Below are positions 9,903-16,867 of a stretch of DNA of 38,660 nucleotides, piece by piece. The notes beneath the pieces were generated by a model that was not told the origin of the DNA, searched no databases, and worked only from the letters and a program-made list of their open reading frames with translations. Both the position numbers and the translations under genes were made by a program. The stretch spans positions 1 through 38,660 of IMG/VR virus record IMGVR_UViG_3300028591_002545, one strand, 5' to 3'. Numbering within the stretch: position 1 is the stretch's first letter; the number at the start of each line of letters is the position of its first letter. This stretch comes from a virus.

Positions 9903-10343
9903 ATGAAACTATCGAAAAATTTCACTCTTGAAGAACTTATATTCTCGACCAGTGCCAACAATCACGGCATTGACAATACGCCCAACGCCGAGCAACGTGC
10001 TTACTTGAAGCGGTTGTGTGTTGAGGTATTGCAGCCGATTCGTGACGCATGGGGCGCACCAGTCAAGGTGACGAGTGGCTATCGCTGTCCGTGGCTTAAC
10101 AAGCTGGTTGGCGGCGTGACTGGAAGCCAACACGTCTATGGGCAAGCCGCCGACATTCAAGCACTGCATCCGTATGATAACGGCAAGTTGTTCGCCCTCA
10201 TCAAGTCGCTTGTTGATAGCGGCAAGATAAAGGTCGGTCAACTTATATGGGAGTACGGAAGTAAGACCTGCCCAAAGTGGGTTCATGTGTCGCTTCCTCG
10301 GAAGGGCAAGAAGAACAACCAAGTTCTCTACTACTACTCGTAA
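9903..10343 (+). CDS. Peptidase M15A-type endolysin (zinc D-Ala-D-Ala carboxypeptidase/L-Ala-D-Glu peptidase-like)
   Basis: LSKNFTLEELIFS, VTSGYRCPWLN, GSQHVYGQAADI and WVHVS supply the His/Asp/His zinc ligands typical of this endolysin family. Confidence 0.85.
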   Translation: MKLSKNFTLEELIFSTSANNHGIDNTPNAEQRAYLKRLCVEVLQPIRDAWGAPVKVTSGYRCPWLNKLVGGVTGSQHVYGQAADIQALHPYDNGKLFALIKSLVDSGKIKVGQLIWEYGSKTCPKWVHVSLPRKGKKNNQVLYYYS

Positions 10344-10453
10344 TGAACGACAACCAGCATAGGGCGATATTGGGCGGCGGGTGCATAACGCTCGTAGTGG
10401 CGGTGCTACTGCTGCTCGTTACGCTCCTGTGCGCAATTCTGGATAAACTATGA
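10343..10453 (+). CDS. 36-aa single-TM micro-ORF in the lysis cassette
   Basis: MNDNQHRAILGGGCITLVVAVLLLLVTLLCAILDKL. Its ATG overlaps the endolysin stop (TAATG) and its TGA overlaps the next ATG (ATGA). It falls below the ORF-track length cut-off. Confidence 0.45.
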   Translation: MNDNQHRAILGGGCITLVVAVLLLLVTLLCAILDKL

Positions 10454-11064
10454 AGATGAACAAGACACACTTGATTGTTGCGCTCGTCATGGCCATTCTC
10501 GGCTTCGCTGCGGGCTTCTTTACTGGCAAGGCTATCTACGACCGTCCCATTGTCGAAAGCGTCTCACGCGACACGCTTGTCATTTTTGACACCATTCCGC
10601 AGTACTATCCCAAGCCCGTTGAAGTGGAGAGGGTGCGCACCGAGTACCAGTGGCTACCCATCGCCAAGATAACCCACGACACGGTAGGGTTTACTCAGTT
10701 CATACACGATTCGGTGTTGGTCGAAGTGCCGATTACTTCCAAGCACTACCACGGCGAAAACTACGATGCGTATGTGAGCGGCTACCAGCCCAGCCTTGAC
10801 AGCATCAGTGTATATCAAAGGACAGAGTACATCACCGAAACGATAACAAGAATGAAGCCTCCCAATAAGTGTGAACTTGATATTATCGGCGGCATCAACT
10901 ACGCGACCGGCTCGCAACACTGGCTACCCTATGCCGGTGGTGAACTGATGCTCAACCGAGACAAACGCCTGCAACTTGGCATTGAGGGCGGCATATTGAA
11001 AGAACCGCTTGCCACAAAATGGACACCGTTTGCTGGTGCCAAGATTCGGATTAAGGTTTTATAA
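10450..11064 (+). CDS. N-terminally membrane-anchored protein, spanin-like by position
   Basis: 204 aa with TM segment LIVALVMAILGFAAGFFTG. The remainder is beta-rich. It is the last gene before two terminators. Confidence 0.5.
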   Translation: MKMNKTHLIVALVMAILGFAAGFFTGKAIYDRPIVESVSRDTLVIFDTIPQYYPKPVEVERVRTEYQWLPIAKITHDTVGFTQFIHDSVLVEVPITSKHYHGENYDAYVSGYQPSLDSISVYQRTEYITETITRMKPPNKCELDIIGGINYATGSQHWLPYAGGELMLNRDKRLQLGIEGGILKEPLATKWTPFAGAKIRIKVL

Positions 11065-11120
11065 TGGTTATTATCTATATATGTAATATTAATAGAAAGG
11101 AGGCAATTTGACTTGTTTAT

Positions 11121-11166
11121 GGCTGGTTGTGCCGTGAGGCAGGAAACCAGCCTTCCTTATTTTGGT
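11121..11166 (+). terminator. Hairpin plus T-rich tract after the lysis operon
   Basis: GGCTGGTT (11121-28) pairs with AACCAGCC (11145-52), followed by TTCCTTATTTTGGTTTT. Confidence 0.55.
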
Positions 11167-11197
11167 TTTAAGTTAATAATTATGATGTTAGTTTTGC

Positions 11198-11230
11198 CCG
11201 CCACCGTCAGCGATGATCGTGGCGGTTTTT
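11198..11230 (+). terminator. Rho-independent terminator
   Basis: CCGCCAC (11198-204) pairs with GTGGCGG (11219-25), followed by TTTTT. Confidence 0.7.
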
Positions 11231-11302
11231 CGTGTTTTTCTGCCCGAAATACTATCGAAAACCATAAAAATATATCTTTTTTGATATTTTTTTGCCAAAA
11301 TA

Positions 11303-11334
11303 TTTGGTGGTATATATTATTTGATATATCTTTG
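11303..11334 (+). promoter_or_regulatory. Bacteroidota-type promoter (-33 TTTG, -7 TATCTTTG) for the moron genes
   Basis: TTTG at 11303-06 and TATCTTTG at 11327-34, 20 nt apart. ATG 11377 lies 43 nt downstream. Confidence 0.5.
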
Positions 11335-11376
11335 CAGTGTCAAAATAAAATTACTAACAATTAAAACAACAAGATT

Positions 11377-11694
11377 ATGATAACGATTATCGAGCTTTTG
11401 AAAAAGTACAGGGAGGTGGTTATTAGCCGTTACAACCGCGCAAGCAAGCAGCACACATCCCTCAAGAACTTCATGAACCTGGTGATTAAGTTCTTCGATG
11501 AGCATCCTGGCATTACCCGCAAGTGTTTGAAGAAGGCCAATGCAGGTAGCACTCATGAGTTTATCTACCAACTCAACAAAGCTTGTGACTTCGCAGCTTA
11601 TGTGGCTGCTGCACCCGCACGCAGACAAAACGCAATCGAAAGATATAACAATGTCGCTGGAGCTGAAACTTTAAAGCATCAAAATTACCTTTAA
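11377..11694 (+). CDS. Hypothetical helical protein (moron gene 1)
   Basis: 105-aa ORF between its own promoter and the downstream HTH gene. Confidence 0.6.
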   Translation: MITIIELLKKYREVVISRYNRASKQHTSLKNFMNLVIKFFDEHPGITRKCLKKANAGSTHEFIYQLNKACDFAAYVAAAPARRQNAIERYNNVAGAETLKHQNYL

Positions 11695-11718
11695 TATTAA
11701 CCTAAAAATATATTTGTC

Positions 11719-12156
11719 ATGAGTTTAAGAAGTCCGAAAAACCCTTACAGGGTAGAGATTAATTATGACAAGCCACTGGAATTTGGCAACGTGTCAAGTT
11801 ACACGGGCGAAAGTGTTGAGAATGTGCTGCACCTTGCTATTGGTGAGATAAAGCGTAACAACACTTCAGCATACATCCGCATTTGGCACAATGATGCTGG
11901 ATTCCCCAACTTTGACTGGCAGATTGTGAGCGAGGCCTACTACAAGGCCAACGGAACCGAGGATGTGAACCGCAATATCGGCATCCGTATTGCCTGCCTC
12001 CGCCGTGAGGCTGGCCTCACCCAAACCCAGCTTGCCGACAAGTGCGGCATGGCACAACCCAACATCGCCCGCATCGAGGCTGGAACGTATGCCACCAGCA
12101 TCGACGTATTGAGCCGCATCGCCGAGGCATTGGGCAAACGTATTGAACTGGTATAA
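11719..12156 (+). CDS. Unknown N-terminal domain fused to a C-terminal XRE-type HTH (moron gene 2)
   Basis: C-terminal GLTQTQLADKCGMAQPNIARIEAG...IDVLSRIAEALG is a classic XRE HTH. The first ~85 aa match nothing I recognise. Confidence 0.7.
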   Translation: MSLRSPKNPYRVEINYDKPLEFGNVSSYTGESVENVLHLAIGEIKRNNTSAYIRIWHNDAGFPNFDWQIVSEAYYKANGTEDVNRNIGIRIACLRREAGLTQTQLADKCGMAQPNIARIEAGTYATSIDVLSRIAEALGKRIELV

Positions 12157-12182
12157 TGCAGTCCCTGCACCGACCAAAGCTG

Positions 12183-12208
12183 GAGCCGTAGTAATACGGC
12201 TCTTTTTT
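12183..12208 (+). terminator. Rho-independent terminator
   Basis: GAGCCGTA-GTAA-TACGGCTC followed by TTTTTT. Confidence 0.8.
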
Positions 12209-12317
12209 GTTATGTCGAAGAAAATGCCTACCTTTGCCGACATCACGTCGTGAGACGGCTACTTTAGTAATTTTATTTTGACCTGCCCCGGTGTAAATCG
12301 GGGCATTTTCGTACACT

Positions 12318-12336
12318 TTTGGTGCAACTTTGGTGC
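12318..12336 (+). repeat. Tandem pair of TTTGGTGC (11-nt register), left set
   Basis: TTTGGTGC at 12318-25 and 12329-36. The second copy continues as TTTGGTGCTATC; the right set contains TGCTATC. Confidence 0.8.
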
Positions 12337-12396
12337 TATCAAATATAAAACGAACCGCCAACCCGCTATCAATCAGCGGTTTGTGCGGCTCAATCA

Positions 12397-12414
12397 TGTT
12401 TAACCCTAAAGAAC
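12397..12414 (-). other. Candidate att core (reverse complement GTTCTTTAGGGTTAAACA)
   Basis: The 10-mer TAACCCTAAA at 12401-10 is the inverted copy of TTTAGGGTTA at 22387-96 and 22920-29. It lies midway between the two TTTGGTGC pairs, 170 nt upstream of int. Confidence 0.35.
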
Positions 12415-12519
12415 GGGGAATGTATAACGAAAGGGTAACGAATGGGTAGTTAGTAAGGGCGATTTCAGTTGTTCGGCATTGTCGAACTACCCAAACAATA
12501 CCATATTGTTATACTTTTT

Positions 12520-12538
12520 TTTGGTGCTATTTTGGTGC
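12520..12538 (+). repeat. Tandem pair of TTTGGTGC (11-nt register), right set
   Basis: TTTGGTGC at 12520-27 and 12531-38, 202 nt from the left set and in the same orientation. Confidence 0.8.
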
Positions 12539-12552
12539 TTGTGCTATCTTTG
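12520..12552 (+). promoter_or_regulatory. Bacteroidota-type promoter for the integrase gene
   Basis: TTTG at 12520-23 and TATCTTTG at 12545-52, 21 nt apart. ATG 12583 lies 30 nt downstream. Confidence 0.55.
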
Positions 12553-12582
12553 CAGCCGTTAACCCATTCAATCAAGGTCAAA

Positions 12583-13647
12583 ATGAAGAAACAATCGGTA
12601 ATACTGAGGAAGCGGAGAATGCCATCAGGCAACATGTCGCTCTACCTGTGCATCTATGCCGGTGGTGTGCGAACATACGAATATCTGCACCTGTATCTTT
12701 CGCCCGACAAACGGGACAAGGAGAAGAACCGCGAGACGATGATGCTTGCCGAGGCGATCTGCGCTAAGCGGCTGGTTGAAGTCCGCAACGGCCAGTATGG
12801 ATTCAAGGAAGCACAGGCCGTGCAGCTTCGTGACTATGTGCAGCGCATCACCGAAGACAAGCACGGCAGCACCAAGCGCAGGTATGACGCACTGGACAAC
12901 ATCCTCGCAGGGTATTGCCGACCATCCATGATGCTGACGGACATCACCCCGGCATGGTTCAGCGGATTCATGAACCACCTCGACAAGCAGGGCCTCGCCA
13001 AGAACACGCTGGCCGTATATGTGGCAACCATGCGCAGCATCATCAGCCAGGCACACAGGGAAGGGTTACTACCGACCAACCCAATTGTGGGTATCAAGGG
13101 CGTGGGATATGAGGAAACGAACCGCACCTACCTCACCACTGACGAGGTGCGGAAGCTGGCAGACACACCATGCCCCAACGAGGTCACCAAACGAGCCTTT
13201 TTGTTCGGGTGCCTGACTGGTCTGCGCAACTGCGACATCCGTGCTTTGACATGGGCCGATGTTCACGAACAAGACGGATATACCCGAATCATCTACCGCC
13301 AAGCCAAGACCAAAGGCCAAGAATATCTTGACATATCCGCACAGGCTGCATCGTTGATGGGTGAGCGAGGAAGTGATAATGAGCCAGTGTTCCCGCTGAT
13401 GAGCTGGCACGCAGTACGTCAGCAGCTGAAGGCTTGGGTTAAGAGAGCCAAAATCGCCAAGCACGTCACCTTTCACGCAAGCCGCCACACCTTTGCAGTG
13501 ATGATGTTGTCGGTCACCGACATCTACACCGTTTCAAAGCTGCTTGGGCATCGGGAACTATCCACAACGCAGGTCTATGCCAAAGTGCTTGACAAGGCCA
13601 AGCGGGAGGCCGTTGACAATATGCCCGATTTGCTGAAAACGCCATAA
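12583..13647 (+). CDS. int: Tyrosine site-specific integrase (Bacteroidota IntDOT-like, with N-terminal arm-binding domain)
   Basis: Start MKKQSVILRK. Arm-type N-terminus SLYLCIYAGGVRTYEYLHLYL. Catalytic residues in LTGLRNCDI (Arg), HASRHTFA (His-x-x-Arg) and LGHRELSTTQVYA (His, Tyr). The track ORF from TTG 12469 is rejected as the start. Confidence 0.9.
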   Translation: MKKQSVILRKRRMPSGNMSLYLCIYAGGVRTYEYLHLYLSPDKRDKEKNRETMMLAEAICAKRLVEVRNGQYGFKEAQAVQLRDYVQRITEDKHGSTKRRYDALDNILAGYCRPSMMLTDITPAWFSGFMNHLDKQGLAKNTLAVYVATMRSIISQAHREGLLPTNPIVGIKGVGYEETNRTYLTTDEVRKLADTPCPNEVTKRAFLFGCLTGLRNCDIRALTWADVHEQDGYTRIIYRQAKTKGQEYLDISAQAASLMGERGSDNEPVFPLMSWHAVRQQLKAWVKRAKIAKHVTFHASRHTFAVMMLSVTDIYTVSKLLGHRELSTTQVYAKVLDKAKREAVDNMPDLLKTP

Positions 13648-13714
13648 TTGCGTTCTAAGGCCGTTTTATTCTTCGGATATATAGTTTATCGTCTTCGCCG
13701 AAAAAGTGCGACAG

Positions 13715-13751
13715 GGGCGAAATTTGGCAAAAATAACGCCATTTTTCGCCC
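13715..13751. terminator. Hairpin between the convergent int and repressor operons (possible bidirectional terminator)
   Basis: GGGCGAAA (13715-22) pairs with TTTCGCCC (13744-51), with A/T tracts on both arms. Confidence 0.45.
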
Positions 13752-13762
13752 TTGTCTATATA

Positions 13763-14032
13763 CTATTGTACCCGCGTGAGCGATTCTATAACCCTCTGCT
13801 GGCTCTCGATGATGGCCAGCAGCCTTGACACCGTGTCAGGTTCTCTCACTTCGGCTGGCGGCTCTGGTAGAATCTTTAACAGTCGGTTAATGGCTTCGAC
13901 CTGCACAGGCTTCGGCTTCGACACACCTGCTTCCCAATTTTGGATCGTGCGTGACGATACCCCCACGATTTGCGCCAACTCATTCTGCGAAAAACCGAGT
14001 CTATCCCTTGCTTGTTTCACGTCCATAGTCAC
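13763..14032 (-). CDS. XRE-family HTH protein co-transcribed with the repressor
   Basis: LGFSQNELAQIVGVSSRTIQNWEAG. Its start overlaps the stop of the upstream CI-like gene. Confidence 0.75.
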   Translation of the reverse strand: MTMDVKQARDRLGFSQNELAQIVGVSSRTIQNWEAGVSKPKPVQVEAINRLLKILPEPPAEVREPDTVSRLLAIIESQQRVIESLTRVQ

Positions 14033-14685
14033 ATCTTAATCTTCAACGACAACACATTCTCCACGATGAACAAGTGCCTGATGCTGGTCTTTGCGAGGCG
14101 CATATCATCGTATCTCTCATTCTCGCTGCGCAGTATGACGTAGTGCTGCTCGTCCTCATCTTTGCGCAGGTACTTGAGCAGTCGGTACTCGTCAGTGATG
14201 ACCAGGTACACCTGCCCGTAGAAAATCTCGCCAAGGTTCTTGACCTCCCGCACGGCTATCCAGTCACCGTCCTTGATGTGCGGCTCCATGCTGTCACCGT
14301 TGGCACGGATGATGGCGGCAGTCGGTGACACATTCGGCAGATTGACGTGGCCGATGATATGCTCATCAGCGAACACGATAGGCCGAGACAGGTCACCGCA
14401 GGTGGCATCAATGTTATAGACCGGGGTGCCATGCTCAGTGATTTCGACAACCTCTTTGGTTGACTGCTTTATCATTTCCCCATCGCCAGTCAATAACCAT
14501 GCGGCATTCAATCCAAACTCGTTTGCCCATTTTATGGCATTCTGCTTGCCAAAAGGTTTGCGCCCTGTTAAAAGGCTGTTTATCGCTTGTTTAGTAACAC
14601 CAAACCTCTTTGCAATTTCTTCTTGCGTCAAGCCCAAATTTGTTAGATACCTGCGCAATTCGTTTAGTCTTTCGTTTGCTTCCAT
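14029..14685 (-). CDS. CI-like repressor: HTH plus S24 (LexA-type) autopeptidase domain
   Basis: HTH LTQEEIAKRFGVTKQAINSLLTG. S24 Ser in ANGDSMEP and Lys in LLKYLRK. Divergent from the early operon. Confidence 0.9.
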   Translation of the reverse strand: MEANERLNELRRYLTNLGLTQEEIAKRFGVTKQAINSLLTGRKPFGKQNAIKWANEFGLNAAWLLTGDGEMIKQSTKEVVEITEHGTPVYNIDATCGDLSRPIVFADEHIIGHVNLPNVSPTAAIIRANGDSMEPHIKDGDWIAVREVKNLGEIFYGQVYLVITDEYRLLKYLRKDEDEQHYVILRSENERYDDMRLAKTSIRHLFIVENVLSLKIKM

Positions 14686-14704
14686 TTCTTAAAAAATATT
14701 AAAA

Positions 14705-14735
14705 GTAAAACAAAAATTTGCATGGTAAAACAAAA
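14705..14735. promoter_or_regulatory. Direct repeats GTAAAACAAAA x2 (candidate operators)
   Basis: Exact 11-mers at 14705-15 and 14725-35, spaced 20 nt, in the cI/early intergenic region and overlapping the -33 region of the rightward promoter. Confidence 0.4.
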
Positions 14736-14748
14736 GGGTTTACTTTTG
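14717..14748 (+). promoter_or_regulatory. Rightward early promoter (-33 TTTG, -7 TACTTTTG)
   Basis: TTTG at 14717-20 and TACTTTTG at 14741-48, 20 nt apart. An A-rich leader runs to ATG 14824. Confidence 0.55.
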
Positions 14749-14774
14749 CAATCAAATAGCAAATCATATTGCGA

Positions 14775-14782
14775 CAAAGATA
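14775..14782 (-). promoter_or_regulatory. Leftward -7 box (TATCTTTG on the minus strand) for the repressor operon
   Basis: CAAAGATA on the + strand at 14775-82. I saw no good -33 element. Confidence 0.4.
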
Positions 14783-14823
14783 CGAAATAAAAACGAAAAT
14801 AAAAATAAAAACATAAATAAAAA

Positions 14824-15033
14824 ATGATTATGACATTACGAACACCATTCCAAATCAAGAGGCAAGAGAAGCGTCAACGCATCTATGCCAAGTATTGCGA
14901 ACTGGCTGCGAACCCCAACAACAGCCGCTCCGCAATCATCCAGTATTTGATGAAAGAGTTTAACATCGGTGCCGCATCAACCATCTACGGCATCATCAAG
15001 GAAAAGGAGGCCCACCATGAGACGCTGGCTTAA
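14824..15033 (+). CDS. Small basic protein, Cro-like by position
   Basis: 69-aa first gene of the rightward operon, with the helical, HTH-like segment SRSAIIQYLMKEFNIGAASTIYGII. Confidence 0.5.
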   Translation: MIMTLRTPFQIKRQEKRQRIYAKYCELAANPNNSRSAIIQYLMKEFNIGAASTIYGIIKEKEAHHETLA

Positions 15034-15199
15034 CCTTTCAATCGTGTTGGCTATCATGTTCGCTGCTGGGCTTCTGCTGGCACTGGACTATGACAGCACC
15101 ACCGACAAGTGGCTGGCACTCATTGCAGCCGCTATCCTATTCGCCGTTGGCATCCGCATCGGCATCGTGTTCCACCGCCATAATATGTTGCCCGAATGA
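15017..15199 (+). CDS. 60-aa two-TM membrane protein
   Basis: ATG 15017 is preceded by AAGGAGG (15004-10). Sequence MRRWLNLSIVLAIMFAAGLLLAL...LALIAAAILFAVGIRIGIVF. The track ORF start 14969 is not preferred. Confidence 0.5.
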   Translation: MRRWLNLSIVLAIMFAAGLLLALDYDSTTDKWLALIAAAILFAVGIRIGIVFHRHNMLPE

Positions 15200-15507
15200 T
15201 AACACTGGAGGACATAGCAAAGCGACTTGACAGGCTGGAAATCTTGACGGCATTATCAGCGAAGGATGTGCTTGACATCAACGACACTGCCATGTTCACC
15301 GGTTACTCGGTGAAGTACCTGCGCCAGTTGATCGCCAAGCGGGACATTCCGCACTACCGCCGAGGCAACCGCCTGTACTTCTGCCGTGAGGAGGTTGAAG
15401 GCTGGATGATGGGTGAGCGCATCCCCACCAAAGAAGAAATGAATATTGTAGCAGTAGGCTATATAAATGGCAATGCGGAAAGCCGTAAGACCGCAACAAA
15501 AAACTAA
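15196..15507 (+). CDS. Excisionase-family / HTH_17-like DNA-binding protein
   Basis: DINDTAMFTGYSVKYLRQLIAKRDIPHYRRGNRLYFCREEVEGWM fits the MerR-like excisionase HTH pattern. Confidence 0.7.
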   Translation: MITLEDIAKRLDRLEILTALSAKDVLDINDTAMFTGYSVKYLRQLIAKRDIPHYRRGNRLYFCREEVEGWMMGERIPTKEEMNIVAVGYINGNAESRKTATKN

Positions 15508-15512
15508 ACAAG

Positions 15513-15809
15513 ATGAACACTAAATTATTGAACAAGAAAATCATTGCACGCATCGAGCGTGCAGGTGTGTTCCACGGAACACTGGACTACATTGACGGTG
15601 AAATTATACGTCTCAAGGACGCACGCCGCATCTACTACTGGAATGGCGCATTGTCAGTCACCGACATGGCGGCGAAAGGTCTCACGGGCGGTAAAATCTC
15701 CATCCCTGTATCAACCGTAGAGTTCATGTCGCCGATGATTACTGAGTTGAACGAGTGTAGCGTCGAGGCTACAAAGTCCATTGAAGCCATCGAGGTATGG
15801 AAGAACTGA
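15513..15809 (+). CDS. Hypothetical protein
   Basis: 98-aa ORF overlapping the next gene by 13 nt. Confidence 0.55.
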   Translation: MNTKLLNKKIIARIERAGVFHGTLDYIDGEIIRLKDARRIYYWNGALSVTDMAAKGLTGGKISIPVSTVEFMSPMITELNECSVEATKSIEAIEVWKN

Positions 15810-16567
15810 TAAAATCGTTCCTTGCTGATTGTCGCGGCAACGGCTACGGCTACGGCAACGGCAACGGCTACGGCAACGGCAACGGAGACGGCAACGGCGA
15901 CGGCTACGGCAACGGCTACGGCGACGGCTACGGCGACGGCAACGGCTACGGCAACGGCGACGGCTACGGCGACGGCTACGGCAACGGCGACGGCTACGGC
16001 AACGGCTACGGCGACGGCGACGGCGACGGCGACGGCTACGGCAACGGCTACGGCGACGGCTACGGCAACGGCGACGGCTACGGCGACGGCGACGGCAACT
16101 TATTATCCCTCACCAAAGTCGGCGAGGATAAAATTTACAACATTGACGATGTGCCGACAGCCATTGACAGCATCAAGGGAAACATCGCAAAAGGCCGTAT
16201 CCTCAACGCTGACATGACGTTCACACCCTGCTGGGTAGTCCGTATCGGCAACTCATTCGCCCACGGCGAAACCCTGCACGATGCACAACGTGACGCACAA
16301 CAGAAGCACATGAGAACGGCAAGCGAGGAAGACCGCCTCAAGATGTTTGTCGAGCAGTTCCCCGACCAAGACAAGAAGATTCCTGCAAAGTTGCTCTTTG
16401 ACTGGCACAACATCCTCACAGGTTCGTGCCTGATGGGGCGCAAGCACTGGTGCGAGCAGATGGGCATCGACATCGAGAACGATACCTTCACCGTCAAGGA
16501 GTTCATCAAACTGACAAAGGATGCCTATGGAGGTGAGACCATCAAGAAATTGACAGGCTATTACTAA
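15797..16567 (+). CDS. Protein with an 88-aa Gly-(Asn/Tyr/Asp) dipeptide-repeat tract and a ~165-aa C-terminal globular domain
   Basis: 256-aa ORF. The repeat tract occupies residues 14-101 and is followed by non-repetitive sequence (FTPCWVVRIGNSFAHGETLHDA...). Confidence 0.7.
   Translation: MEELIKSFLADCRGNGYGYGNGNGYGNGNGDGNGDGYGNGYGDGYGDGNGYGNGDGYGDGYGNGDGYGNGYGDGDGDGDGYGNGYGDGYGNGDGYGDGDGNLLSLTKVGEDKIYNIDDVPTAIDSIKGNIAKGRILNADMTFTPCWVVRIGNSFAHGETLHDAQRDAQQKHMRTASEEDRLKMFVEQFPDQDKKIPAKLLFDWHNILTGSCLMGRKHWCEQMGIDIENDTFTVKEFIKLTKDAYGGETIKKLTGYY
15836..16099 (+). repeat. 44 tandem hexamers GGC-NAC (N = A, T or G)
   Basis: Read directly. 43 of 44 Gly codons are GGC (one GGA at 15884-86). Every second codon is AAC, TAC or GAC. 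Confidence 0.95.
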
Positions 16568-16706
16568 CATTTACAGGTCTCCTGCGATAGGGGCCGCCGC
16601 AGTAGTTCAAGAGCAGAACAGCCGAAAGGCAAGATGGCGAGTGCGAATCCACCCTGCGGACAATGGGAATTATCCCAGATGATTAACTAATAATTTCACA
16701 AAAACA

Positions 16707-16853
16707 ATGACAAACGACATCAACAAAGTGAAGGCGTATGCCGCAGAACTGGAGAGGCTGCTCTATGTAGCCGACATCAACCCTACACAGCGACCAATCA
16801 TCAACAGCATGATTGGCAGTGCCAAAGAGAAATTTAATATGTACAACAATTAA
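16707..16853 (+). CDS. 48-aa micro-ORF upstream of the ATPase gene
   Basis: MTNDINKVKAYAAELERLLYVADINPTQRPIINSMIGSAKEKFNMYNN. Below the track cut-off. It fills most of an otherwise empty gap. Confidence 0.45.
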   Translation: MTNDINKVKAYAAELERLLYVADINPTQRPIINSMIGSAKEKFNMYNN

Positions 16854-16867
16854 AGAATTAAAGAATC

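Noticed and set aside
12350-12375. CGAACCGCC near the att-like region as a reverse-complement tRNA T-loop
   Set aside because: The reverse complement GGCGGTTCGTTTT lacks the TTCGAAT/CC continuation and any acceptor stem.
12469-12582. TTG 12469 as the integrase start
   Set aside because: The extension would run through the int promoter (TATCTTTG 12545-52) and encode a hydrophobic junk peptide. ATG 12583 (MKKQSV) matches the usual N-terminus of this integrase type.
15836-16099. DGR-like adenine mutagenesis as the source of the AAC/TAC/GAC variation
   Set aside because: Only the first codon base varies and the central A is invariant. There is no template repeat or reverse transcriptase. Slippage and point mutation in a hexamer array is a sufficient explanation.
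15822-16217. Alternative-frame ORFs over the hexamer array (15822..16217 poly-Ala/Thr, 15829..16131 Arg/Leu/Gln-rich)
   Set aside because: They are open only because the repeat lacks stop codons in all forward frames. The frame starting at ATG 15797 continues into a non-repetitive domain and is coupled to its neighbours.
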